A DNA stretch of 56,600 nucleotides from a virus. Lineage: Duplodnaviria > Caudoviricetes. Positions within the stretch are counted from its first letter, which is position 1. Every line of letters starts with the position of its first letter. Positions 18,009-26,913 of this stretch are shown one piece after another. Location of the stretch: IMG/VR virus record IMGVR_UViG_3300028840_002373, positions 1-56,600 of that record. One strand, given 5' to 3'. The notes beneath the pieces were generated by a model. It searched no databases. It worked only from the letters and a program-made list of their open reading frames with translations, and was not told the origin of the DNA. A program made the translations under genes and the position numbers.

Positions 18009-19716
18009 TTAAAACATATCCTTTCTTTAAGATTTCATACAATTTATTATGTGTATTGTTTGTAAGATAACCCTTCAATTTATAATTATCTGTCTCAGAT
18101 AAGACGAAAAATTCTCCAGTATTCAAACTTGGTATCATTTGTTGATATTCTTTCTTAGTTGTTATATTACAGCAGTCTATTGTATCTTCTAGTAAATGAG
18201 CTATCCTAGTAAACTGAGTCTTCCAAGACTTAACAAAGTCATTATCATTGGTTTGTTGTACTGCCATTAAGCAAAACATACCATATTTACGACCCCTTTG
18301 TAATAATGTTTTGATTTGCTTCTCCATTGGTTCAAACTCTTTTTTATCCATTTCGCTTTTAAATGCATTTGCTTCATCAACAGCAAAACAGATATACGGT
18401 AATTGTTCATTGTTAACCTTGTTATACTCTTGTATATTTTCGACTTTTAATTGTCTAAATGCTTGTTTTCTTTTATTATACTCAGTCAATAACTCAGTTA
18501 AAGCATTGTTTATATGGGGTACTTCTGATTCGATATATTTAACATTGTAGAAGTCTTCATATCTTACAAGTGCTGAGTCGGCAAAATCAAGCATATACCA
18601 GACAATATTAGTATGAAAGTACATGAGCGATTCTATGATACATTTAAAGGTACAAGATTTACCACTACCAGTTTTACCAGCAATTAAAAGATGTTTAAGG
18701 TTTGTTAGTGTATCAGTAACGACATTACCATTACTCATATTAACCCCTAGTATAAATTCTAAATCTTTTTTAACTGTGATATCTGGTATAACATCATCTA
18801 ATAAGTAGGTTTTAGTTACATCTTTTGATATTTTGTACAATATATAACCATTAGATACCTCAATATTACCTTTGTTTAACCCTATTCCCATTTTATGATT
18901 AATATCGTCCTTTAATCTTATTACCCTTTTAATAGGCAATATTGTTGTAAATTTATGAATAATTTCTGTATCAGTCTCATTAGTGCTTATGAAGTTAGGT
19001 TTATCCTTCATATTAATTAAAATTTGCTCTAATCTTGCTATACTTCCAGCTTCTAGTTTTCTGTAGTCGTTTTTTCCTAACTCTAAGTGATACTTATTCA
19101 AAACTAATTTATCCCTTCTTATACATGATATGCTATGATTAACTATAGACTCCAATTTGGTCTTATAAGTTATATCTAAAGGTTGAGTGGTAACAACTGT
19201 TACTACTTTATTTTTTACCTCAATTATCTCTAATCCATTAATAGTATCATTAGCTTTAATTTGCATATTTTCAACCATTTTAAAGTTTCTTTTAATGTTA
19301 TACATAATATAACTCAGCCCTCCTAGTGGTAATGTTAAACCATAGTATAAATTGTTTAACTCAGGTAATATCTGTTTATCTGAGAATTTCCATATATCTA
19401 TATAGTTATCATAAACTACAAAAGAAACTACAGTTAAAATAAAAGAGATAACTAATCTCTTATGATTAACATTACTAATTGATTCTATTATCTGTTTAAT
19501 CATTGATATAAATTTACTTCTCTTATATTGCTTAGTCCAACTATGAATAGCTACGCAATATGTATAATTAGATAATATCAATCCAGATAAGTAAATTAAT
19601 AAACTCTTGTCTACTCCTAGCTTACTCAATGTCCATGTTATACCTGTTAATATACATAGATTATATATAATCATTGCTATCAATTTCTTATCTTTAATTA
19701 ATGTTCTTAGCTTCAT
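17911..19716 (-). CDS. FtsK/SpoIIIE-family ATPase with N-terminal TM helices
   Basis: HLLIAGKTGSGKS Walker A, FAVDEA Walker B, LQRGRKYGM arginine finger, AVQQ; four N-terminal hydrophobic segments; no obvious gamma domain. Confidence 0.9.
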   Translation of the reverse strand: MKLRTLIKDKKLIAMIIYNLCILTGITWTLSKLGVDKSLLIYLSGLILSNYTYCVAIHSWTKQYKRSKFISMIKQIIESISNVNHKRLVISFILTVVSFVVYDNYIDIWKFSDKQILPELNNLYYGLTLPLGGLSYIMYNIKRNFKMVENMQIKANDTINGLEIIEVKNKVVTVVTTQPLDITYKTKLESIVNHSISCIRRDKLVLNKYHLELGKNDYRKLEAGSIARLEQILINMKDKPNFISTNETDTEIIHKFTTILPIKRVIRLKDDINHKMGIGLNKGNIEVSNGYILYKISKDVTKTYLLDDVIPDITVKKDLEFILGVNMSNGNVVTDTLTNLKHLLIAGKTGSGKSCTFKCIIESLMYFHTNIVWYMLDFADSALVRYEDFYNVKYIESEVPHINNALTELLTEYNKRKQAFRQLKVENIQEYNKVNNEQLPYICFAVDEANAFKSEMDKKEFEPMEKQIKTLLQRGRKYGMFCLMAVQQTNDNDFVKSWKTQFTRIAHLLEDTIDCCNITTKKEYQQMIPSLNTGEFFVLSETDNYKLKGYLTNNTHNKLYEILKKGYVLNDKSTKRINLAKIELTEDKEEITHQESQQVTK

Positions 19717-20026
19717 CTTAAATCACCTCGTATAATCGTTTAAATAGGTCTTAAATTGATTCTTATGTCAAAAGAGTATATTTAGTACTCTTAATTCTCT
19801 TAGCGTTCTAAGTGCCTTTATTTAATTAATAATCATATCAATTATTAATAAGATTATTATTTATCAATAATTATATAATGAATTATCATTTATGACAAGC
19901 AGTAAACATTAATTATAATTATGACTAATGTAAAATTTGATTTTACTTATTACAATTAAAAAATATTATCATTATGTAGGTGAATCTTTGTCACATATAT
20001 TTTACTTTTATTCGCTTGTAGTCATG

Positions 20027-20457
20027 TTGGGCAGTCAGGGCAATTAAAAGAATTATGATAATTTCTTAAAATCTAACTAAGAGTTAATAAGTAGACTGTA
20101 GTAGTCTTGGGCAATTCTCCTAGTTAGGTCTGGGCAGGTTTTAAAAAAGTTTGGGCAATTTATTTTTAAGCTACTACTGTATTTGGGCAATTAGGGCATA
20201 TATTTAATAAGTTCGCTGTAGATACTGAGAATAAAAAAAAGTGGACATATGTACATGATAAAAAAATATAATATATATATATATATATATAAAAGTAATT
20301 TTGCAAAAATGCGCCCAAAGCGCCCAGATGCAGTCAGGAGAAGGGCTAAGATGTGCCCAAGAAAATGCCCAAAATGCCCAAGATTTTTTTTGAACTGCTA
20401 CGAGTAAACTAAGAGAATTAATCTCACAGGTTTAAAAAAGTGCCCAAAAATGCCCAA
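20027..20457. repeat. Origin-like element A: seven (T/A)GGGCA repeats, AT-rich (TA)n core, seven inverted YGCCCA repeats
   Basis: GGGCA motifs at 20027-20198, (TA)n at about 20266-20291, GCCCA motifs at 20312-20457; non-coding. Confidence 0.85.
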
Positions 20458-20539
20458 TCAACTAAGAGAACGGATTCAATGCTCAAGATTTATATTGAAG
20501 ATAATAATACTTTTTTAATTGGTAATGATGTTGTATCTA

Positions 20540-20568
20540 TTGTAATTGATGATAACTTATGATAATAT
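20540..20568 (+). promoter_or_regulatory. Promoter TTGTAA-N17-TAATAT
   Basis: Same architecture as the copy at 21516. Confidence 0.6.
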
Positions 20569-20641
20569 ATAATTAGTGAGTTTAGATTAAGTAACTCGTG
20601 TTACAGTAATCTGGGTTGCGTTAAATAGGAGGTAAAGGAAA

Positions 20642-20788
20642 ATGTTTAATGAAGATAAGATACAAAGAGCAATAACAGAAATAAATGAATTAATTGTTTA
20701 TTTAAATTGTAAAACTAAAGATGAAATTGAAACTCAATTAACTGAGATAGTGGAACTTTTAGCAAAAGATACAGACATAGAATACTAA
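20642..20788 (+). CDS. Hypothetical protein, 48 aa (not in ORF track)
   Basis: MFNEDKIQRAITEINELIVY...; AGGAGG/AAGGA RBS. Confidence 0.6.
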   Translation: MFNEDKIQRAITEINELIVYLNCKTKDEIETQLTEIVELLAKDTDIEY

Positions 20789-20807
20789 TAAAAAGGAGTG
20801 AAACATT

Positions 20808-21149
20808 GTGGAATTAAAGTTAATTAAGATGGAAGTAGTTAATAAGGGTTACAAATTAACATTTGAAAGAAATAATAATAGGATTGAGTTAGTAACAGAT
20901 AAAAAGAAAGCTAACAAATTTAATATTGGTGGTTGGTATGAAGTATTAATTGGAGATCAAGAGGTACATGATGATGATGAAATAAAAGAAGATGAAGAAC
21001 AATACAAATATGGTAAAGGTAAATTGTACACACATGAATCAAGTTATAACCCATTTGTAGGATATGGTTATTCTGTTGACCCAAATAAAAATTATGCTAT
21101 TGGATATCACAACGGACTAAAAATTAAAGGAGATGATGATAATGAGTGA
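20808..21149 (+). CDS. Hypothetical protein
   Basis: AAGGAG RBS. Confidence 0.6.
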   Translation: MELKLIKMEVVNKGYKLTFERNNNRIELVTDKKKANKFNIGGWYEVLIGDQEVHDDDEIKEDEEQYKYGKGKLYTHESSYNPFVGYGYSVDPNKNYAIGYHNGLKIKGDDDNE

Positions 21150-21474
21150 TAGATTACAAAAAATATTAATTGAGCAATTAATTGAAGCTCAAAATAAATA
21201 TGATGAATACAAAGTAAGATATAGGAACTTTTGCAACAAGGAACATTGGGATGATGATTACGACAATATTTGTCAAAATGCAATGAGCGTGTATCTAAGT
21301 AAGCTTTTACAAAATGTAGAGGATATTCATAAGCTTTTAAATGATTTAGATAAGGACGATAATTATTTTAATGGTGCTGCTGTAGGTCAAATAAAAAATA
21401 TCAGTACTCCTAATGGCGAATATAAACCATTAATGAACAAAGGAAAATTCATAAGATATATAAAAATTGATTAA
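21133..21474 (+). CDS. Hypothetical protein (paralog of 23392-23601)
   Basis: Shared R..NF.NK..WDD.YD..CQ motif. Confidence 0.6.
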   Translation: MMIMSDRLQKILIEQLIEAQNKYDEYKVRYRNFCNKEHWDDDYDNICQNAMSVYLSKLLQNVEDIHKLLNDLDKDDNYFNGAAVGQIKNISTPNGEYKPLMNKGKFIRYIKID

Positions 21475-21476
21475 AT

Positions 21477-21502
21477 AAAGCAACAAGTTGTTGCTTTTTT
21501 TT
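21477..21502 (+). terminator. Intrinsic terminator
   Basis: aaagcaacaa-g-ttgttgcttttttt. Confidence 0.7.
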
Positions 21503-21515
21503 AATTGTTATACTA

Positions 21516-21544
21516 TTGTAATCTATGTTAATTTATGATAATAT
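21516..21544 (+). promoter_or_regulatory. Promoter TTGTAA-N17-TAATAT
   Basis: Between terminator and next gene; matches the 20540 copy. Confidence 0.6.
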
Positions 21545-21567
21545 ATGTATATAGGAGGTAAACAATA

Positions 21568-21765
21568 ATGTGCAATTATTACGATAAGAATTTAGATGTA
21601 ATCAAAGAAGGTATGAGTTTACAACATGTAGATGGAGATATAGAAGTAGTTGAAAAGGTTGATGATAGATTAATCATGGATAACATATTTTTATATGAGT
21701 ATGCTGACGTTGATTATAAAGAAGGAAATGGATTCAAGTTATCAGATTGGACAATTATAAAATAA
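21568..21765 (+). CDS. Hypothetical protein (weak YopX-like DKN..I.EG motif)
   Basis: AGGAGG RBS. Confidence 0.5.
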   Translation: MCNYYDKNLDVIKEGMSLQHVDGDIEVVEKVDDRLIMDNIFLYEYADVDYKEGNGFKLSDWTIIK

Positions 21766-22028
21766 TTTTTTTTAAGGAGGATAAATGGTTAATGAGAAAT
21801 GAATATAAGGAGTTGTTGAAATATTCAAAGATAATCGAGATTAATAAATCAAATCATGTATTGAATTATTATAACTGGACACTACATATAACAGAAGGTG
21901 AACGAGAAACTGTATGTAAACTATATTTAAAAAATATATGTGTTTTAACTGATCATTACTATGACACCAAAATAAAATGGAAAGATTATGAAACTTATAC
22001 CTTAAAGGAAGGTATTTTTGGAGAATAG
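21747..22028 (+). CDS. Hypothetical protein
   Basis: ORF; true start probably after AAGGAGG near 21775. Confidence 0.5.
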   Translation: MDNYKIIFFKEDKWLMRNEYKELLKYSKIIEINKSNHVLNYYNWTLHITEGERETVCKLYLKNICVLTDHYYDTKIKWKDYETYTLKEGIFGE

Positions 22029-22043
22029 AAAGAGGTGATTTAA

Positions 22044-22467
22044 ATGTGTCTAAACCGTTATATTATTGGTTTAGACCCTTGAACTAGGTGGTTCAACGGG
22101 TTTCATCGTAGTTAATAAGGATAACTATGAGATCATGGAGTACAATACATTAGATGGTTATAAGGAGATACACAAAGAACTAAAAGATATAAGTGGTAAT
22201 TATGAGATAGTCTGTGAGGACTATAGAGCAAATATTAAGACTAAAGATCAAGCATATGCCATGAAGCTTGTGGGGTACATAGAAGGACTTTGTATAACGA
22301 ATGGTATTAAATGTACCTTACAACTTCCAAGTCAAAGAAAAGGGTATTTAAAGCAATCTAAGGAAACATTGAGGGGTTATGGTTGCAATGTACCTCATGT
22401 GATTGATAGTTTTGCTCATGTATTACGATATATTGATAAGGTGGTTAAAAAGGAGGAAACCAAATGA
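22044..22467 (+). CDS. RuvC-like Holliday junction resolvase, interrupted by TGA with a +1 frame change after codon 12
   Basis: MCLNRYIIGLDP* then +1 frame ELGGSTGFIVV...IVCEDY...HVIDSFAH; RNase H-fold catalytic D/E/D pattern; GAGGTG RBS before 22044. Confidence 0.75.
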
Positions 22468-22817
22468 GTACAGTTAATAATATGTTAATTAAGAAATATA
22501 TAAGATTAAGAAATATATATAGTCAATGTAATTTAAGGTTTAATATATTTAACAATTGTTTAAATCTTCTTGATACAGATAATTTTGACGAATCTAAGTT
22601 TGATGATATTACTTCTAGATTCTCAGAAACAATTAATGTTGATAAAGAATCTGAGTTTACTAATGAGTTACAAGAGTTCTTGAGTGTAAATGTTGATGTA
22701 GATTTGGAAGAATATATTAAAATGATTGAAACAATTAATGATTACTATGTTACTAAATTATTTTTGAAAACATTGTTAACTAAAGAAGATAAGATAAATT
22801 ATATATTATTAGATTAA
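22464..22817 (+). CDS. Hypothetical protein (paralog of 22952-23377)
   Basis: Shared F...L.E.L....D......MIET.N.Y...EDK..Y pattern. Confidence 0.6.
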   Translation: MSTVNNMLIKKYIRLRNIYSQCNLRFNIFNNCLNLLDTDNFDESKFDDITSRFSETINVDKESEFTNELQEFLSVNVDVDLEEYIKMIETINDYYVTKLFLKTLLTKEDKINYILLD

Positions 22818-22832
22818 GGAGTGTATTTTTAA

Positions 22833-22913
22833 ATGAGATATTGTCCAATTTTGAAAGTAATGATAGACGAATCATTTTGTGAAGAAAATCATTGTTATAT
22901 GTGTGAATGGTAA
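22833..22913 (+). CDS. 26-aa Cys-rich microprotein (not in ORF track)
   Basis: MRYCPILKVMIDESFCEENHCYMCEW; AAGGAG RBS. Confidence 0.5.
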   Translation: MRYCPILKVMIDESFCEENHCYMCEW

Positions 22914-22951
22914 GAGGTATCGATTGATACCTCTTAATTAAAAAAAAAGGA

Positions 22952-23377
22952 GTGTACAAGATGAATCAAGTTGTAAATGTACCATTAAAGGTATTCTTGA
23001 AACTAAGTGGTGAATGTAAGATAGTTGAGGAACGAATGAAACATTTAAAAGATGATATATCTAAATGTTTTAACTTAGAACAAGATATATGTAAATGTAC
23101 AAAAGAAGGACACAAGAAGACTAAACAAACTCTTAATTTAATAAAGTTTTCAGATGTTATGACTAAGTTTAATAAAGAAATAACAATTAAACCGAAATTT
23201 AATTCTCAGGTTGATGAATACCTAAATTATTCAATGAATATAGATGTTAAAGTATTTATGAATATGGTTGAGACAGTTAATAAGTATAATCAAAGAGTAC
23301 TATATCATGAAAACTTAGTTAATGTAGAAGATAAAGAAAAATACGCTCAAGCTGTAGTATATGGTGAAATTAAATAA
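22952..23377 (+). CDS. Hypothetical protein (paralog of 22464-22817)
   Basis: C-terminal similarity as above. Confidence 0.6.
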   Translation: MYKMNQVVNVPLKVFLKLSGECKIVEERMKHLKDDISKCFNLEQDICKCTKEGHKKTKQTLNLIKFSDVMTKFNKEITIKPKFNSQVDEYLNYSMNIDVKVFMNMVETVNKYNQRVLYHENLVNVEDKEKYAQAVVYGEIK

Positions 23378-23391
23378 GGTGGTGATAAAGG

Positions 23392-23601
23392 ATGAATCAA
23401 TTAGATAAATTAAAGGAACAATTAAAAAAAGCTAAAGAATCAGTATTAGAATGTAGTAATAGATTAGATAATTTTAATAATAAAGATGGTGAATGGGATG
23501 ATATTTATGACCATCTATGTCAAGGAGAAATTGAGAAAGAATTACAAAGTAAAAGACAAATAGTATTAGAATTAGAAAATAAAATAAAAGATATAAACTA
23601 A
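23392..23601 (+). CDS. Hypothetical coiled-coil protein (paralog of 21133-21474)
   Basis: WDDIYDHLCQ motif. Confidence 0.6.
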   Translation: MNQLDKLKEQLKKAKESVLECSNRLDNFNNKDGEWDDIYDHLCQGEIEKELQSKRQIVLELENKIKDIN

Positions 23602-23628
23602 ATTAAAACTAAAAGGAGATTGTGACTA

Positions 23629-25302
23629 ATGTTAACTAAAAAAGGAAATAAATTAATCTTAGAAGGAAATAATTTACCAGATTTCAATAGTGTACAAGGT
23701 AGCTCAAGAATAAAAAATGCATGGAGTTTTCCTATTGATTTCTTTTGTGTAAATCAGATAGCTAAAATATTGGGTTCTATTAAATTAGAACCTAGTGAGG
23801 AAGTTAAAAAGTGGTACTATGAGGAATATAATAAAAACTCATTAGCTAATAAGGTACAAAAGAATCAAGTTGTACCAGTACTAAGTAATATAGAAGGTTT
23901 AAACAAAGAATTAAAAGATTATCAATTACAGGGTGTTAAATTCTTTTTATCTGTTAACCGCTGTATACTAGGGTTCGAAGCTGGTTTGGGTAAAACTCTT
24001 ACAGCTATTAATTGCATGAAAACAATTAAAGCAAAAAAAGTTTTGGTAGTTTGTCCTAGTTACCTTAAATACAATTGGGAAGATGAAATAAACAAGTGGT
24101 CTGATTATACAAATACCATTATTAATGGAACACCAACTCAAAGGGAACAAGGTTACAAAGATTTCAAAGAAAATAATAAAAACATACTTATTGTTAACTA
24201 TGAGCAAATAAGATACAAAGTAACTAAAGGAGAAAACAACAAGGTAACAAATAAAGAAATTAAGATTCATAAGGATGTTTTAGAGCCAATATGGGATTTA
24301 ATAATAATGGATGAATGTCATAGATTAAAGGGAAGGGATTCTCAGGTATCTGAGGGTATGTTAAAGCTTAAGTCTAGAAATAAATTAATGCTCACAGGTA
24401 CACCAATTAATAAATGTGAAACTGAGATATGGAAGTTATTAAGGATTCTTGATAAACAAAGGTTTACAAGTTACTGGAAGTTTGCGGAGTATTACTGCAA
24501 TGTTGAAGATGGTTTCTATGGTAAAGAAATTAAAGGACTAAAGAATCCACAAGAATATAGTAAACTTCTTAATCGTTATATGCTGAGAAAGAAAAAAGAG
24601 GATGTAATAGATTTACCAGATAAGGTCATAAAGACTATTAAAATTGACTTATCACCTAAGCAACTAAAGTTATATAAGCAAGCTGAGAAAGACTATTTAA
24701 ACCCTAAAGGTGATGTTATAGAGTCAGATGTTGAAAAGTTTATAAGAATCAATCAAATAGTGCAAAATCCAGCAATCCTCGATGGTCAAAACGTATCTTC
24801 TTTAACTGATACAGCAATTGAAATACTACAGGATAATGAGGAAAAATTTATTATAGGCTGTGTATACATTGGTATGTCTGAGTTGACATATGAGACAATT
24901 AAAAAAGCTTTTCCTAAAAGAGACGTATTTCTTGTTAATGGTACGATTAATAATAAGAATAGACATGAAATAATAGAGAACTGGAAGAAAAAAAGAAATT
25001 CTATCATAATCACAACAATAAAAGCTATGAGTGAGGGGTTAAATTTAGATATCTGTGATAACATGATGTATCTTGATTATGATTGGTCAAATGTTGCCAA
25101 TTCACAGTTTAGCAATAGGATTCATAGAATGACTAGTACCAGACAAAAAATGTATTATCATTTAATTGTTAGAAAAACAGTATCAGAATACAAATACTAC
25201 AAGCTAATGAATGAAGATCATCAGATGTCTAAAGCTTTAAATGATACTCCTAGTGCTATTAAATATCTAGCTGAGGAATACAGGAGGTCTTTAGATGACT
25301 AA
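23629..25302 (+). CDS. SNF2-family (SF2) helicase
   Basis: LKDYQ, GLGKT, DECH, LTGTP, EGLNL and RIHR motifs. Confidence 0.93.
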   Translation: MLTKKGNKLILEGNNLPDFNSVQGSSRIKNAWSFPIDFFCVNQIAKILGSIKLEPSEEVKKWYYEEYNKNSLANKVQKNQVVPVLSNIEGLNKELKDYQLQGVKFFLSVNRCILGFEAGLGKTLTAINCMKTIKAKKVLVVCPSYLKYNWEDEINKWSDYTNTIINGTPTQREQGYKDFKENNKNILIVNYEQIRYKVTKGENNKVTNKEIKIHKDVLEPIWDLIIMDECHRLKGRDSQVSEGMLKLKSRNKLMLTGTPINKCETEIWKLLRILDKQRFTSYWKFAEYYCNVEDGFYGKEIKGLKNPQEYSKLLNRYMLRKKKEDVIDLPDKVIKTIKIDLSPKQLKLYKQAEKDYLNPKGDVIESDVEKFIRINQIVQNPAILDGQNVSSLTDTAIEILQDNEEKFIIGCVYIGMSELTYETIKKAFPKRDVFLVNGTINNKNRHEIIENWKKKRNSIIITTIKAMSEGLNLDICDNMMYLDYDWSNVANSQFSNRIHRMTSTRQKMYYHLIVRKTVSEYKYYKLMNEDHQMSKALNDTPSAIKYLAEEYRRSLDD

Positions 25303-25741
25303 TAAAACACATATTATGTTTGGTGTAGCTGTTAATGCAACAGCTACTTATTTTTTAAAAGATTACATAGAAATAGATTTATCACATGTATTACTTGGTG
25401 CTATTATTGGTTCTCAGTTTCCTGACTTAGACTCAGAATGTAGTTGGATAACTCAAACTATCCCATTACCATATAAGTTGTTGAGTAAAACAAAAAAATT
25501 ACACCATAAAACCCATAGGACAATATTATTACACAGTCTCTATACAATAATTGTAACCATCATATTAATGTTAATGTTTAAAAATAGTATTATCATAGGT
25601 TTTGGAATAGGTATCATTACTCATATAGTAACTGATAACTTTATTAAATGTAATTCATTATTAGAAAAAGTTTGCTACTATATTTCTACTTCAATAATTA
25701 TTATCTTTATTATAAAGGAGGTGACTTTTTTAATTGGATAA
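25295..25741 (+). CDS. YdjM-like membrane metal-dependent hydrolase
   Basis: M..KTH, GSQFPDLD, HR...HSL and HIVTD motifs with TM helices. Confidence 0.85.
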   Translation: MTNKTHIMFGVAVNATATYFLKDYIEIDLSHVLLGAIIGSQFPDLDSECSWITQTIPLPYKLLSKTKKLHHKTHRTILLHSLYTIIVTIILMLMFKNSIIIGFGIGIITHIVTDNFIKCNSLLEKVCYYISTSIIIIFIIKEVTFLIG

Positions 25742-25922
25742 CAAAGAGAACTATGAGAACATTAAGAAACTATCACCTAATTGTTTAGATAATGCCATAT
25801 ATAATTATAATGAAAATCCTATATCAGTAGAAAACTTAAGAAACTCAATTAAAAGTAAAAGATTAAATGCAGTCCATAAGGCACTATTTTACTATATTCT
25901 ATATGTTAAAGATAAAAAATAA
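25734..25922 (+). CDS. Hypothetical protein
   Basis: AGGAGG RBS, TTG start. Confidence 0.5.
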   Translation: MDNKENYENIKKLSPNCLDNAIYNYNENPISVENLRNSIKSKRLNAVHKALFYYILYVKDKK

Positions 25923-25941
25923 AATTAATTATGAAAAAGTA

Positions 25942-25970
25942 TTGACATTAATTATCATAGATGATAATAT
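25942..25970 (+). promoter_or_regulatory. sigmaA-type promoter TTGACA-N17-TAATAT
   Basis: Conserved promoter family; upstream of the SSB gene. Confidence 0.8.
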
Positions 25971-26028
25971 ATAAATGTACCAACGAGGTACACAAAAAAT
26001 AAACTAAATTAAACGGAGGTAACAAAAA

Positions 26029-26784
26029 ATGGCTAAAGGAACTAAAACTTCAAAAGGAACTAAATATGTAAGTGGAAAGGTGGATTTAATATTTCCAGCT
26101 ATAGCAACACCACAGTATTATGTAGCAAATAGTAACAAGTTTGTAACAATTCAGAAAGAAGATCAATTGGAAAAAGAATGTACTAAGAACGATAAGGGTG
26201 TATGGGTAAAGCAAGTAGATGATAAAGATGTAGACTTAGGATATGTTGTTACTGTATTAGTACCAAAAGATTCGAATGAGGGTAAGAAGATTAAACATAT
26301 AATAGATACTGAATGGGAAAATGGTAAAAAAGCTGGTATGATTTCTAAAAGATCACTTTATCCATTAGTAGATGGTGATGAAAAAGCGGATGAATTAGAA
26401 TCTAGAGATAAAAACGGAGAATATTACAGAGGTTGTTATAGTCTTCAAGCAAAAACAAAATATAAACCATTAATAATCGAGGGTAAAAAAAGAGTCAATC
26501 CAACATCAACTATATTTGATGTAGATCACAATGGTTGGACTGGTAGAGTATCGTTAACAATTAGACCATATAAATTTGGTGCAAATTCAGGAGTTAGTAT
26601 CAAACTTAATCAAATATGTTTCTTAGAAGATAATCCAGATTTAGATTTTGGTGGCGGTTGTGATTTTGAGATTGAGGAAGAAGACGAGCAAACAGATTTT
26701 GGTAATAATGTTGCAAATAATGAAACAGTTAACACAGGTATACAATCATGTTATGATGAAGAAGAAGAACCACCAGTCATGTAA
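26029..26784 (+). CDS. Single-stranded DNA-binding protein (DUF2815/Enc34-like)
   Basis: PLVDGD, Y.G.Y.L.AKT, GRVSLTIRPY...NSGVSIKLNQI and an acidic C-terminal tail. Confidence 0.82.
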   Translation: MAKGTKTSKGTKYVSGKVDLIFPAIATPQYYVANSNKFVTIQKEDQLEKECTKNDKGVWVKQVDDKDVDLGYVVTVLVPKDSNEGKKIKHIIDTEWENGKKAGMISKRSLYPLVDGDEKADELESRDKNGEYYRGCYSLQAKTKYKPLIIEGKKRVNPTSTIFDVDHNGWTGRVSLTIRPYKFGANSGVSIKLNQICFLEDNPDLDFGGGCDFEIEEEDEQTDFGNNVANNETVNTGIQSCYDEEEEPPVM

Positions 26785-26799
26785 TATTTACTCATAAAG

Positions 26800-26828
26800 A
26801 AAAAGGAGATATATTATCTCCTTTTTCT
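26800..26828 (+). terminator. Intrinsic terminator
   Basis: aaaaaggagat/atctccttttt. Confidence 0.7.
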
Positions 26829-26913
26829 TATTTAATAGGTAAAAATTAATGAATAGATTATTCTTTAATTATAACATGTTAACTAAATTAAACTAAAAGG
26901 AGATTGATAAACA

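Noticed and set aside
17990-18030. Frameshift fusion of FtsK to the wHTH ORF
   Set aside because: The T-TTA-AAT slippery-like site would give a -1 shift but the wHTH ORF is in the +1 frame and has its own RBS
22080-22082. Genome-wide stop-codon reassignment (TGA)
   Set aside because: Other genes end normally at TGA, coding density is high under code 11, and read-through alone would not restore the resolvase frame
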